A stretch of 64,000 nucleotides of DNA, taken from contig JAQTUL010000001.1 of assembly GCA_028710275.1 (NCBI GenBank), forward strand, positions 921 to 64,920, written 5' to 3'. Position numbers and translations under genes: made by a program. Positions 27,695-37,795 of this stretch are shown piece after piece; position 1 is the stretch's first letter; every line of letters starts with the position of its first letter. Under the pieces are notes generated by a model. That model searched no databases and was not told the DNA's origin. It saw only the letters and a program-made list of their open reading frames with translations. Origin of the DNA: Candidatus Colwellbacteria bacterium (GTDB taxonomy: Bacteria > Patescibacteriota > Minisyncoccia > UBA6257 > Colwellbacteraceae).

Positions 27695-28597
27695 CTAATT
27701 TAACCTAATCTTGTCGGACGTTTTGAGAATCTCAGAAATATTCTTCGAGATTCTACTGATAGTGATATCAGAGAGTTTCACCATCTTACTGAAGTTGAGG
27801 GACGTAATATTACCACCTATAAGTCTAAAGTAATAGTAGACCAATCCGGAAATAACAGACTGTGGGTTTGAACGATTAAGAAGTTTAGATCTGTTGTGAA
27901 TACGAGTATACAACGCGGTGACTTTTCCAATGTGCAATTCGTTCGCATTGAACTTGGCCATGACTGGAGGGATGAAACTGATAGGTGATATGTAGATGGG
28001 TTTTTTATTCTTATTCTTTTTATTGAGATTGTAGTATGTTAATCCTTTCGACACCTCCTTCTTCGACAACTCAAACTTCTCTCTAAGAACCTCTGGGTTT
28101 TGAGCTTGTCCCTGATCTTTATAAGCATTAAATATACAGGCAAAGATGATTGCACGACGATAATTTCCTCGTCTGATCTTACCATCGGTAACTTCCATAT
28201 ATGCTATATTAGCATACTCACGGATAGCGAAAGGAAAGTCGTATTTCTCAATATCCTTATAGATGTTCTTCTCCTCAATCTTTCGGATATGACATCTACT
28301 CGGGTCCGATGAATGCTTACTATCATTGTCACCGTAAAATCTCCATTCTGGTTCAAGAGAGAGTTCCTTATAAATCTCTATACCACAATCAGAACAACTT
28401 TCAACTCCGTTCTCATTAACAATATTTTTGTGAAGACAGATCTCTGTAATATCCTTTTCGTTTAGTCGAGTATACTCATCGACATTCAAGGCTTCCACCT
28501 CATCTAAACTAGAATAGTCCTCCTCTTCGTATTTACTATCGTCAAATATCTCTTCGTCGTCTGACCCCTGAAATGTGACATCATTATTTTCTGACAT
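27695..28597 (-). CDS. TFIIB-like transcription factor (tentative)
   Basis: N-terminal zinc ribbon CLHKNIVNENGVESCSDCG. Then a cyclin-like region with RRGNYRRAIIFACIFNAY, cf. TFIIB R.....AACLYIACR. Confidence 0.45.
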   Translation of the reverse strand: MSENNDVTFQGSDDEEIFDDSKYEEEDYSSLDEVEALNVDEYTRLNEKDITEICLHKNIVNENGVESCSDCGIEIYKELSLEPEWRFYGDNDSKHSSDPSRCHIRKIEEKNIYKDIEKYDFPFAIREYANIAYMEVTDGKIRRGNYRRAIIFACIFNAYKDQGQAQNPEVLREKFELSKKEVSKGLTYYNLNKKNKNKKPIYISPISFIPPVMAKFNANELHIGKVTALYTRIHNRSKLLNRSNPQSVISGLVYYYFRLIGGNITSLNFSKMVKLSDITISRISKNISEILKTSDKIRLN

Positions 28598-28694
28598 TGT
28601 GTGTGAGCTAATAGTAGTTAAACACTCTTATGTCATTAAATCGTTTTTGTAATCGTTTAATGACAATTGACAATGATAAAAATAGATTTCGATA

Positions 28695-29027
28695 TTGATA
28701 TATATATATTTATCAATAATCATGAGTTCTGTATACCATAAAAAGGCTATTCCTCAAGCTCTACGACAACAAGTATGGTTGACTCGTATCGGAGAGAAGT
28801 TCAGTGGTAAATGTGTTACTCGATGGTGTAAGAATAAGATTACAGTGTTCAATTATGAATGTGGCCACGATAAGGCAGAGAGTAAAGGTGGAGAAACAGT
28901 ATTGGAAAATCTCTATCCTATTTGTCGACAATGTAATGGATCGATGAACAACCAGTATTCTATTTCCGACTGGCAGAAGTTCGGTAGTGCAAAGAGAGGG
29001 TTCTGTTGTTTTTCAAAAGCTCGGTAG
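28695..29027 (+). CDS. HNH endonuclease (small, free-standing)
   Basis: YECGHDKAESKGGETVLENLYPICRQCNGSMNNQ fits the ExxH-x-P-x-S-x-GG...N-L-x-x-C-x-x-CN HNH pattern. Confidence 0.6.
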   Translation: MIYIYLSIIMSSVYHKKAIPQALRQQVWLTRIGEKFSGKCVTRWCKNKITVFNYECGHDKAESKGGETVLENLYPICRQCNGSMNNQYSISDWQKFGSAKRGFCCFSKAR

Positions 29028-29034
29028 GATACGA

Positions 29035-29051
29035 TCCTACTTATTTCGTCT
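29035..29051. terminator. Hairpin gtaggat-acg-atcctac directly after the stop of the HNH gene
   Basis: 7-bp arms. Confidence 0.4.
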
Positions 29052-29175
29052 TAGTGTATGTCTTCTTACTAATTCCTTTTCAAATTCGACACCCATCGTT
29101 TTATTCTCTTCATGAATATTTATACACATCTGTCTGGAAGCCGTCATAAAAGGGAATTGGAACAATTTAAATGTT

Positions 29176-29541
29176 CCATATTAATGAAAATGGGAAAACT
29201 TCAATAGTTCCTGTCCAAGTTGAACTATCTTGACAAGCTATTAATATTTGATTGAATGTAGTACTAGAAGAAGCTTGTAATATTTTAACTACGCCATTAT
29301 TTTGTCCAGGAATGATATTCTATACCGAGGTATTTGGAGAGAATCTCACAGGAAACGCAGATGTAGATTGCCAAATACCAACAGATCCCGAAGCAGTTCC
29401 TGTTAAAATTGTCGACATGTAAAATGTGACGACTCTCCCTACTCTAGTAATAAAACAGTTTATAGTTGCTGTCGTAAGAGGACCAGAAAAGGTTGTGAAT
29501 GATTCATCCGGCCTGTATCCCCTGAGAATAAGAAATATCAC
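29176..29541 (-). pseudogene. ORF interrupted by an in-frame TAG (+ strand 29318-29320); possible C1q/fibre-tail-like remnant
   Basis: Hand translation ...FSPNTSV*NIIPGQNNGVVKILQASSSTTFNQILIACQDSSTWTGTIEVFPFSLIWNI continues in the same frame after the stop. Confidence 0.3.
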
Positions 29542-29685
29542 TTCGCAAAAAGTGAAAAGAATAAAAATGCGATTTGAAGAAAATAATTGTATCTTTTCTG
29601 CAAAACGAGGAGGAGATCAAATGAGATTCCGGATGAAGAATTTGTATTGTATTTGGATGTGATGTGTATGAGTTAATATAAAAAA

Positions 29686-32600
29686 TTAAATGCTGTACGT
29701 AAAGCTGGAGTACACAAAGTCGATTGCTCCTCCGGTCGGGAAGTATCCTCCTGCTGCTCCGGGATAAAATATATTCATAATTCCACTTGTACTGATGTAC
29801 ATAGTACATGCGACTATCGACGGATTCAGTGATAGTATTTGCATGTACACAGTCCCGTAACCGTATACGGATGTACTGTAAAACTGACTCGGGAGAGCGG
29901 ATGTCGCTCCGTAGATTTGGTTTGCAACAGGTAGATTTGTTCCCCCTGTAAATCGGATCGACAGGGTGACTTTGTTATTAATCCTCATCAGATTGATCGG
30001 AACGGTAACATTTCCCACACCGGTAAATGTAAACGATGCTGAGTAATCCTCGAAGTATGTCATGGTACTTCCTCCTCCACTCAAAACGAATGACCCAGCC
30101 GTTACGCTTCCAGGAGTAACTACGTTCGTTGTTGAACCATTACCCAAAAACACCGTATTAGAAGCGGTGATGGATGCTCCATATCCAAGAGCTGTAGAGT
30201 TGGTCCATCCACCATTATTCGTATTCGAGTATGATCCGAGGCACGTATTGTAAGATCCAGTCGTGAATAAAGATCCAGCACTATATCCCACACCCACATT
30301 TTGCTGACCTGTCGTGTTATTCTGTAACGCGGTATTTCCGATCGCGATGTTTAGCTGTCCTGTTGTATTGGAGTACAAAGTATTCACTCCGACTCCCGTA
30401 TTATCATTCGCGGTTGTACTCGTAAGAGCGCTGACACCGATCGCGGTGTTATATCCACCAACACCACCAGCTATAAGAGCACTCGTTCCCACAGCAAGGT
30501 TTGAAGGTCCATTTCCAGTATTAATATCCAATCTTCCAACCATCACAACTCCTCCTGTTCCTTTGATTCGGAACAACTCATTGCTCCCGGTTGAAGATGC
30601 CGCTGCATAAAAAACATGATCGGCTGTCGTTCCATCTACTTGAAATCTTAATATTCTTGAACCGATACCGAACCCGTAAAAGTTGTGTTGTGTTTGATCG
30701 CTCGAAGTTCCACTATCAAACAGAGCAATCATCTTGTTTTGCCCGTTGTTGTTCATGTAGATGTTCTTCTGTGATGTAACTAGGCCCCCATGGGAGATCC
30801 GAAACAACTCGTTACTCGTCGTGTTTGAAGTCGCCCCATAAAACACATGATCATCCGTGAGATCAGTTTGGTATCTCAATTGACCCGCTGTTATACCAAA
30901 CCCATCAAAGTCGTGTTGTGTTTGATCACTCGAAGTTCCACCATCGTACAAAGCGATCATTTTTAGTTGGTAATTATTGTTCATGAATAGATTGTTTGTA
31001 AGTACCGTGTATCCGAGGGTTTTATTAGTCAGAGTTTGAGCTCCTGTCGTTGTAACCAATGTATTTGTAGGTACTGTAGCTCCTGATATAGTTAACGAAT
31101 TTAAAGTTGCATTGGACCCTGTGAAGCTCGTAGATGATAGATTTGTGAAACTACCATTAGTTCCAGTAAAGTTAACAGTCTGTAGATTCGTACTTGTTAT
31201 ATTCGTAATTGTAGCAGTAGACCCCGTGAGTGAAGTTATAGATGCATTAGTTCCTGTAAAGTTCGTAGTCTGAAGATTAGTACTTGTTATATTTGTAATT
31301 GTTGATGTAGACCCCGTGAGTGAAGTTATAGATGCATTAGTTCCTGTAAAGTTCGTAGTCTGAAGATTAGTACTTGTTATATTTGTAATTGTTGATGTAG
31401 ACCCCGTGAGTGAAGTTATAGATGCATTAGTTCCTGTAAAGTTCGTAGTCTGAAGATTAGTGATATTAGCGTTAATTCCAGAGAGAGAAGTTATAGATGC
31501 ATTAGTTCCTGTAAAGTTCGTAGTCTGAAGATTAGTGATATTAGCAGATGAACCGGTAAGAGAAGTTATAGATGCATTAGTTCCTGTAAAGTTAACAGTC
31601 TGAAGATTAGTACTTGTTATATTCGTAATTGTAGCAGTAGACCCAGTAAGCGAAGTTATAGACGCGTTAGTTCCTGTAAAATTTACAAATGACGCGTTAA
31701 TCGCATTAAGAGAATTAACGTATACATTTGTACCTGTAAAATTTGATACAGTAATATTCGTAAATATACTATCATTCGATGATATATTACTTGCGGTGAG
31801 AGACCCAGTAATACTAAAATTTCCTGTAACGTGACCACCATTTAGAGATATTCCAGGGAAACTTGGTGTATCAGTAGTCGAAAGACTCTGATTTAATACA
31901 ATTGGTGTTCCTCCTGGTGGTTTTAAAACCCATGATGATCTATCAGAACTTACTTGAATATATCCTGACCCAGTAATTCCTCCTTCCATCACTTGAAGAC
32001 CCGCTCCAAATCCCGAAGCGACTGCTCCACTCATATTCAATACAATATTTTTATCTGTAACAGCTAAGTTAGTTGTATTTACAGTGACGAGAGTTCCTTG
32101 AACGATAACACTATCACCGATGCCTCCAAGATTAATAGTGGTAATTCCGGATGTTGTTCCGACATTAACAAATTGTATTCCAGTACCACATCCTATATTT
32201 ATGGATTGTGTTGATGAGTTATTACCAATCGATAATGTAGCCCCAACACTATCGATTGTGTTTGTAAGAATCGATGATGATGAAATATTCGTAATAGATG
32301 CATTAGTTCCGGTAAGTGATGTTATTGTAGCATAAGTTCCTGTAAAGTTTGACACAATAAGATTATTAATATTAGCAGAAATTCCATTGAAATTTGCAGA
32401 TAACAGATTTGTACTTGTCAATGTTGTGATATTAGCAGATGAACCGGTAAGTGAAGTTATAGATGCATTAGTTCCTGTAAAGTTCGTAGTTTGAAGATTA
32501 GTGATATTAGCAGATGAACCGGTAAGTGAAGTTATAGATGCATTAGTTCCTGTAAAGTTCGTAGTTTGAAGATTAGTGATATTAGCAGATGAACCAGCAA

Positions 32601-33162
32601 GTGAAGTTATAGACGCATTAGTTCCTGTAAAGTTCGTAGTTTGAAGATTAGTGATATTAGCAGATGAACCAGAAAGTGAAGTTATAGACGCATTAGTTCC
32701 TGTAAAGTTCGTAGTTTGAAGATTAGTGATATTAGCAGATGAACCGGTAAGTGAAGTTATAGACGCATTAGTTCCTGTGAAGTTAGTAGTTTGAAGATTA
32801 GTGATATTAGCAGATGAACCGGTAAGTGAAGTTATTGACGCATTTGTGATTGTAGCAGTAGACCCAGTAAGAGATGTTATAGACATATTAGTTCCGGTAA
32901 AGTTCATTACGAAAAGATTATTAATTGATGCAGATGTTCCTGTCAAATTATTTGTTATCAATACATTTTCAAATATCGGATTTGACCCAGAAAATCCGGG
33001 ACCAGTGGGACCAGTTATCCCGATACCAGAACCTCCAGTGGGACCAGTTTCTGATGAAATCACTATAAAATTATTATTTTGAACTTGTTCGGCTGATACT
33101 AAGCCTACAATTGAAGTCAATTCGCTTCTTGCCGGCAAACTAAATCGTACCTTAAAAGCCAT
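29686..33162 (-). CDS. Giant (1158 aa) tandem-repeat surface/fibre-like protein with N-terminal collagen-like G-P-T-G segment and Thr/Ser/Asn-rich 23-aa repeats
   Basis: N-terminus GPTGGSGIGITGPTGPGFSG. Repeats TNFTGTNASITSLTGSSANITNLQT in two blocks. Likely glycosylated (N-x-T/S dense). Confidence 0.55.
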   Translation of the reverse strand: MAFKVRFSLPARSELTSIVGLVSAEQVQNNNFIVISSETGPTGGSGIGITGPTGPGFSGSNPIFENVLITNNLTGTSASINNLFVMNFTGTNMSITSLTGSTATITNASITSLTGSSANITNLQTTNFTGTNASITSLTGSSANITNLQTTNFTGTNASITSLSGSSANITNLQTTNFTGTNASITSLAGSSANITNLQTTNFTGTNASITSLTGSSANITNLQTTNFTGTNASITSLTGSSANITTLTSTNLLSANFNGISANINNLIVSNFTGTYATITSLTGTNASITNISSSSILTNTIDSVGATLSIGNNSSTQSINIGCGTGIQFVNVGTTSGITTINLGGIGDSVIVQGTLVTVNTTNLAVTDKNIVLNMSGAVASGFGAGLQVMEGGITGSGYIQVSSDRSSWVLKPPGGTPIVLNQSLSTTDTPSFPGISLNGGHVTGNFSITGSLTASNISSNDSIFTNITVSNFTGTNVYVNSLNAINASFVNFTGTNASITSLTGSTATITNITSTNLQTVNFTGTNASITSLTGSSANITNLQTTNFTGTNASITSLSGINANITNLQTTNFTGTNASITSLTGSTSTITNITSTNLQTTNFTGTNASITSLTGSTSTITNITSTNLQTTNFTGTNASITSLTGSTATITNITSTNLQTVNFTGTNGSFTNLSSTSFTGSNATLNSLTISGATVPTNTLVTTTGAQTLTNKTLGYTVLTNNLFMNNNYQLKMIALYDGGTSSDQTQHDFDGFGITAGQLRYQTDLTDDHVFYGATSNTTSNELFRISHGGLVTSQKNIYMNNNGQNKMIALFDSGTSSDQTQHNFYGFGIGSRILRFQVDGTTADHVFYAAASSTGSNELFRIKGTGGVVMVGRLDINTGNGPSNLAVGTSALIAGGVGGYNTAIGVSALTSTTANDNTGVGVNTLYSNTTGQLNIAIGNTALQNNTTGQQNVGVGYSAGSLFTTGSYNTCLGSYSNTNNGGWTNSTALGYGASITASNTVFLGNGSTTNVVTPGSVTAGSFVLSGGGSTMTYFEDYSASFTFTGVGNVTVPINLMRINNKVTLSIRFTGGTNLPVANQIYGATSALPSQFYSTSVYGYGTVYMQILSLNPSIVACTMYISTSGIMNIFYPGAAGGYFPTGGAIDFVYSSFTYSI
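31130..31700 (-). repeat. ~69-nt tandem coding repeats (block 2, approximate bounds)
   Basis: gttatagatgcattagttcctgtaaagttcgtagtctgaagattag... repeated. Confidence 0.7.
32270..32890 (-). repeat. ~69-nt tandem coding repeats (block 1, approximate bounds)
   Basis: gtgaagttatagatgcattagttcctgtaaagttcgtagtttgaagattagtgatattagcagatgaacc repeated. Confidence 0.7.
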
Positions 33163-33197
33163 TTAATTATTCAATAAAAATATTAAAATAATTACAT

Positions 33198-33218
33198 AAA
33201 GATATTGAAAATATCTTT
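33198..33218. terminator. Hairpin aaagatat-tgaaa-atatcttt; further AT-palindromes follow (attaatattaattgattaatattaat)
   Basis: Between the start of 29686..33162 and the stop of 33248..34246. Confidence 0.4.
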
Positions 33219-33247
33219 ATAACATGATTAATATTAATTGATTAATA

Positions 33248-34246
33248 TTAATCCCTAAACTCTTTACAATACATTGAGTAATAATATCGGGTCGGATTGT
33301 TTCGTGTAGTCTTAAAATTGTATCTTCTGTGGCAAAATAACAGTCCATGTCTATAGAACAGTCGAGACCATTCATTTTTTGATCTGTAATCTCCATGATA
33401 GTTTTTTATAAAACTATCTACAGGGTCTTTGAGTACAGTTTCAAAAATGCAATGTTCAATATCGATAAGCATCTTTATAAGAACGCTATCACAATCGTGT
33501 TCTCTAATAATAATATACCCTCCTGGTTCTAGAATACGATATAATTCCGAGATAACTAAGTCTGGATTCTTCATGTGATGAAGGGACTGAAAACATGTGA
33601 CTAATCCAAACTCCCCGTCGTTGAACGGTAGACGATGTCCCTCTGATATTTTCAAATATGTTATCTCCTCTTTCTCTGTTCGATCGTTATCCCACCACGA
33701 ATCAATATCTGCACACACAATTTTCTCTTTTGAAAGATGGAGATATTGTCCAATAGCAGATGTAATCTTTCCATCACCTCCTCCGAGATCAAGATACTTT
33801 TTAGGACGTCCATTGTAGAATCTAAAGATATCCTGTTGTCTTGCACTTTCCCGAGATTCTCTACCACGTCGAGGAATCCATTTTCGAACCCTCTTATCTC
33901 CACTTATCGGACTACGTTCGGGAGATCTCGAACTACTATTTTCACTATGTTGAATTTCCCTGATAACATTTCTAAATTTGGAATAGACTGTCTCATCAGT
34001 ATCCTTTATATTTGTTTCCGATAATAGTTGTTCAACTCTCTCTCGTGATAGAAATCGTCTCAAATTTTTCGATAGAAGATCGACGAGAATCTCCCTGTTC
34101 TGTAAACGCATATAAGAGATCTGTGTTGTGTAGATAGTTTTTATCAATGTTAAAAGTGGTAGTTTTGTTCGCAGGGTCTCCGCTATTTTCTGAGATGAAA
34201 CTTCGTCATCTGAAATCAGACTGTAATAATTAATAAGATCCATCAA
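33248..34246 (-). CDS. Class I SAM-dependent methyltransferase
   Basis: Motif I YLDLGGGDGKITSAIG (hhDhGxGxG). Motif post-I/II ILEPGGYIIIREHD. Confidence 0.6.
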   Translation of the reverse strand: MMDLINYYSLISDDEVSSQKIAETLRTKLPLLTLIKTIYTTQISYMRLQNREILVDLLSKNLRRFLSRERVEQLLSETNIKDTDETVYSKFRNVIREIQHSENSSSRSPERSPISGDKRVRKWIPRRGRESRESARQQDIFRFYNGRPKKYLDLGGGDGKITSAIGQYLHLSKEKIVCADIDSWWDNDRTEKEEITYLKISEGHRLPFNDGEFGLVTCFQSLHHMKNPDLVISELYRILEPGGYIIIREHDCDSVLIKMLIDIEHCIFETVLKDPVDSFIKNYHGDYRSKNEWSRLFYRHGLLFCHRRYNFKTTRNNPTRYYYSMYCKEFRD

Positions 34247-34334
34247 GTACTTATAGTAAATAATATTTAGATTTGCTATAAATTCAGTTGTTTAATTGTA
34301 AGTCTTCTCTAATCTCTTATCAGATATCAGGTCT

Positions 34335-35126
34335 TTAAAGTGTTAGCAATGTCACTAGTTCGTCAACAATTGGTTTTCTAACCTTTCCGATAGATTTCTT
34401 AAGATTAAGAAAAATAGCTACAGCATGATTGACTTGTTCATCAGCAGTTTTCGAATTATCGGATGCCTCCTTTTGCTTTCTCTTATCACCGGAATCGTGA
34501 AGTTCCTCTGCAATAACCTCATCAATATCCTCATCGTATTCATCATCAGAATCACTATCCGATGATTCTCCAACAATAAGAACGTCATCCTCTTGATAGA
34601 TCCTATTGATAAGAATTCGATAGATCTTAGTTATTTTCTTAATCAACGGGTCATAAAGAGCATCCATAAGTGCTCTACACCTGATATCTTTTTGAAGTCC
34701 CTCGACGTCGTAATAATGAAATACCTTCTTTGAAGGATCTGCGCAGATATACACAATATCAGTTGGTGTGTCATCATCACGAATAACATATGTGTGAATA
34801 AAATCTATAATACCTTTGTAACCTTTTTGGAATGTATCCTGAGTATAATATTCATTCACTAACGATTCCAATCTCTCCTCTGAAAGATCCAATTGAGCCA
34901 TAGTATCAGATATGATTTTATCACCCTTACGAATCGGTTTCAACGGTTGATAATAGATTCCGTTATCGTCAAGAATACTTTGTAGAATATCGATATGATT
35001 TAGATATCTTACACAATATGCGCATCCGATAGATTCTCCGTGAGGAAATTTACACTCATCACTTGAAAGGTCTGATTTCGACGAAGACATAGTTGTATGT
35101 GATTTTTGGACTTTATGAGAACTCAT
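34335..35126 (-). CDS. Hypothetical protein with acidic (D/E/S) segment (263 aa)
   Basis: ORF only. Confidence 0.4.
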   Translation of the reverse strand: MSSHKVQKSHTTMSSSKSDLSSDECKFPHGESIGCAYCVRYLNHIDILQSILDDNGIYYQPLKPIRKGDKIISDTMAQLDLSEERLESLVNEYYTQDTFQKGYKGIIDFIHTYVIRDDDTPTDIVYICADPSKKVFHYYDVEGLQKDIRCRALMDALYDPLIKKITKIYRILINRIYQEDDVLIVGESSDSDSDDEYDEDIDEVIAEELHDSGDKRKQKEASDNSKTADEQVNHAVAIFLNLKKSIGKVRKPIVDELVTLLTL

Positions 35127-35384
35127 AAAAATTAAATAATGAAAGATACTTTTAAACAGGAATTCAATTTAAAAGTACAATGTTTAGTCTTTGTTATGAG
35201 ATAACTTTAATGCTGTAGAACCAATATCCTGAATATCGATCCTCCTCAAACAAAGATTTTGTGATCTCAGCCTCTTCTAATGTATCGAACAGTCCATGTA
35301 TCGTTACATCATAACTATCACTGCATCGATATTTCCACACATATCGTAATCACCGCTGTGGTGTTGAACAATGATGTAAGACAT

Positions 35385-36284
35385 TTAGTAGGTTTTGTGA
35401 CTCTCTGTTATTGTCTTACGACATGAAGGACACTTATTCTCACTTTTTTTAATTGTATCTATACAGGCCATACAATATCGATGACCACACGGAATAATAA
35501 TACAGTTGATCTTATTTTCCATACAGATACCACAGGTTTCAAGTTCTTTTATTCGCTTGGTTATCTTAATCTGAAGCGATTGCATGATCTCTTGAATACC
35601 ATTTAACGTTTCCGTGTCTAGATTTTCAGGATCGATACTCTTAATCTTATCTATTACTGATCCATTCTGTGAAGATGAAGATGAAGCTGCTGCAAGTACA
35701 ATTGGTTTGGAAGAACTACTTGAACTACTTGAACTACTTGAACTACTTGAAGAAGACGATTCTGATTTGGTCGACTCCTCCAGAAGTAGTGTAAGATTAT
35801 TATTCACCTCATGTGATTTTTGAAGCTCGGTTTGAAGAGTTTGAATAGTATTCTTATACTTTATCAAGTAGAATTCATCTTGTCCAAAGAGTTTCTCGTA
35901 AATTCCCTGAATCATCTTCGATTCGTTATGTTTAAATTCGCAAGATGTGATAGTGATGTTTATCTCCAGATTGCGATTGGCGTCTATGTATGTGTAAAGT
36001 TTAGATATATCGATCCATGATCCATCTCCTCTCAAATTAGGATCTGGAAATATGTATACCCATTTCGACACCTTACATCTATTACCATTTTTATTGATAA
36101 CTGCTCCATTCCATGAGAGAGTGATTTCAGAATATCCTTTTCCCGCGGTTAATCCAACAAACAGTTGAAGATACTTATCCGTGACCATAAGACAGACTTT
36201 CATTGTAAAGGCCTGATAATCGAATGCAAAGTCCTTTCTCCATCCGGGAATAATCTGATCGACATTCTCAACAATTCGAAACAT
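35385..36284 (-). CDS. C-terminal RING-finger (C3HC4) E3-ligase-like protein with poly-Ser linker and possible N-terminal MATH/TRAF-like domain
   Basis: CGICMENKINCIIIPCGHRYCMACIDTIKKSENKCPSCRK. SSSSSSSSSSSSSSSS is encoded by 9-nt repeats at ~35700-35760. Confidence 0.6.
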   Translation of the reverse strand: MFRIVENVDQIIPGWRKDFAFDYQAFTMKVCLMVTDKYLQLFVGLTAGKGYSEITLSWNGAVINKNGNRCKVSKWVYIFPDPNLRGDGSWIDISKLYTYIDANRNLEINITITSCEFKHNESKMIQGIYEKLFGQDEFYLIKYKNTIQTLQTELQKSHEVNNNLTLLLEESTKSESSSSSSSSSSSSSSSSSKPIVLAAASSSSSQNGSVIDKIKSIDPENLDTETLNGIQEIMQSLQIKITKRIKELETCGICMENKINCIIIPCGHRYCMACIDTIKKSENKCPSCRKTITESHKTY

Positions 36285-36358
36285 TCTTTGATGATGATTG
36301 CTCTTTACAATTTGACCGATAGTTCACTTTTATCTATCATAAATACTCTAAAGAGAAG

Positions 36359-36856
36359 ATGTTAGGTTTAACAACCTCTCCAATGAGTCGTAAGAACAAC
36401 CCTAAGCGTCGTGGATCTCAGCCCAAACTGGATGAATTCCCGGATGATTTTGATGACAGTTATTTCCACAATGAGTTGGTGGAAACTAACCGAAAGATTC
36501 CAGTCCTTCGAAACGTGGTCTATCGGAAGGTGAAGGACGCAGTTACTTCTCGAGTAGAATCTTACGGAAACAACTCCGCACCTCTTTCTGATAAGTTTGA
36601 TGTTGATTTTCTTACCGAGGGATTTTCTGATTTCGAATGGGCTGTAGTTCGCGAAGAGATTATGTCTCAGGGTATTGAAGTGACTTCTGAGTTTAAGGAC
36701 GAGAAACTATTTGCTATTCACGTTCATATTGAACGTGAAATCAGTCTCACTATGACGATGAAGGAGATGGAGATTCGTGACGGTGATGCAAGTGACAGCA
36801 GTGACGACGATTGTGAAGATAGTATCTGCAAGGGGGAATGTGAAAAGAACGAGTAA
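36359..36856 (+). CDS. Hypothetical acidic protein (165 aa)
   Basis: ORF only. Confidence 0.4.
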   Translation: MLGLTTSPMSRKNNPKRRGSQPKLDEFPDDFDDSYFHNELVETNRKIPVLRNVVYRKVKDAVTSRVESYGNNSAPLSDKFDVDFLTEGFSDFEWAVVREEIMSQGIEVTSEFKDEKLFAIHVHIEREISLTMTMKEMEIRDGDASDSSDDDCEDSICKGECEKNE

Positions 36857-36897
36857 ATATAAATTTCTGTATTTCATACACAAATTTACTGATTGAT

Positions 36898-37389
36898 TTA
36901 TCGAGAGGGTGACATCTGTTGATGCTCTCCGCTAAGAATTACTACTCCAGTCGTAAATATATTGAACATCGGAAGAATATATCCCAAAGTCTCAGTCATA
37001 TTGAATTGCGTCTGAAGAGTTTCAACATCAGATGTGTATCGATCGATCGAAGTACGCATTCCTCTAATGAACAACACCAAGACAATAGTGAGCGCCATGT
37101 TGATATAGATCATATGATCTAATTTTTTGTGAAGATCGGTCACCGGTCTGTGATTGACAATCTTTACCCCGAACATAAAATAGATAAAAGCAAGAAGAAG
37201 ATAAGATGCTATCTCAAGACGTTTAAAATTTGTTTTCACTCCGACAAGATCTCTCTTGGTCAGACTGGCTCTAGTTGCGGCAACTAGAGCCATAATAGAA
37301 ATATACAAGATCAATTTTACAACGATAACACAATTCCAAAAGTTCTTAGAAAACAACATCTTAAAGATGATAAAGAAATTAATTTTCAC
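36898..37389 (-). CDS. Predicted multi-pass membrane protein (163 aa)
   Basis: Four hydrophobic stretches (IIFKMLF..., ILYISIMALVAA, ASYLLLAFIYFMFGV, ALTIVLVLF, VVILSG). Confidence 0.4.
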   Translation of the reverse strand: MKINFFIIFKMLFSKNFWNCVIVVKLILYISIMALVAATRASLTKRDLVGVKTNFKRLEIASYLLLAFIYFMFGVKIVNHRPVTDLHKKLDHMIYINMALTIVLVLFIRGMRTSIDRYTSDVETLQTQFNMTETLGYILPMFNIFTTGVVILSGEHQQMSPSR

Positions 37390-37748
37390 ATCTTTATAAT
37401 CTCATCGTCAATATCAAACATCACAAACTCCTCTTCATTATTTGCTATTAAGGAGAAGATCTCTAAAGCTGTATCGGAACTATGACCATCTATTTCGATT
37501 AGAGTTAATTGGTCGTTGTACAGAATTCTACACTTATCAGAGACATGAACAACATTGAATATCTCATCTATATTCATTTCACCGATAACCTTATTTTCAG
37601 ACATCGAAATTGTTCTATTTGTTTTTATAGATTTGATCCGCGAATAGATCTTTCTCCTTACCGCTTTCTTATCACCTGAAGATACTAGTTTGTAGACATT
37701 CAAAATATTTCCCTTGTTGTCAGAGATCCAGTAGTGATGTGTAGTCAT
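37386..37748 (-). CDS. Hypothetical protein (120 aa); a 5' remnant of a second copy lies at ~39130-39170
   Basis: ORF. Part of the duplicated unit. Confidence 0.35.
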   Translation of the reverse strand: MTTHHYWISDNKGNILNVYKLVSSGDKKAVRRKIYSRIKSIKTNRTISMSENKVIGEMNIDEIFNVVHVSDKCRILYNDQLTLIEIDGHSSDTALEIFSLIANNEEEFVMFDIDDEIIKM

Positions 37749-37795
37749 CTATAATGTAGATTATAGATGAATTCTTTTAAGTCGAGTTGAGTTGA

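Noticed and set aside
30062-33082. Small + strand ORFs nested in 29686..33162 (30062.., 30314.., 30591.., 32120.., 32801..)
   Set aside because: Antisense to a long repeat-rich gene. Pro/Val-rich artefactual translations.
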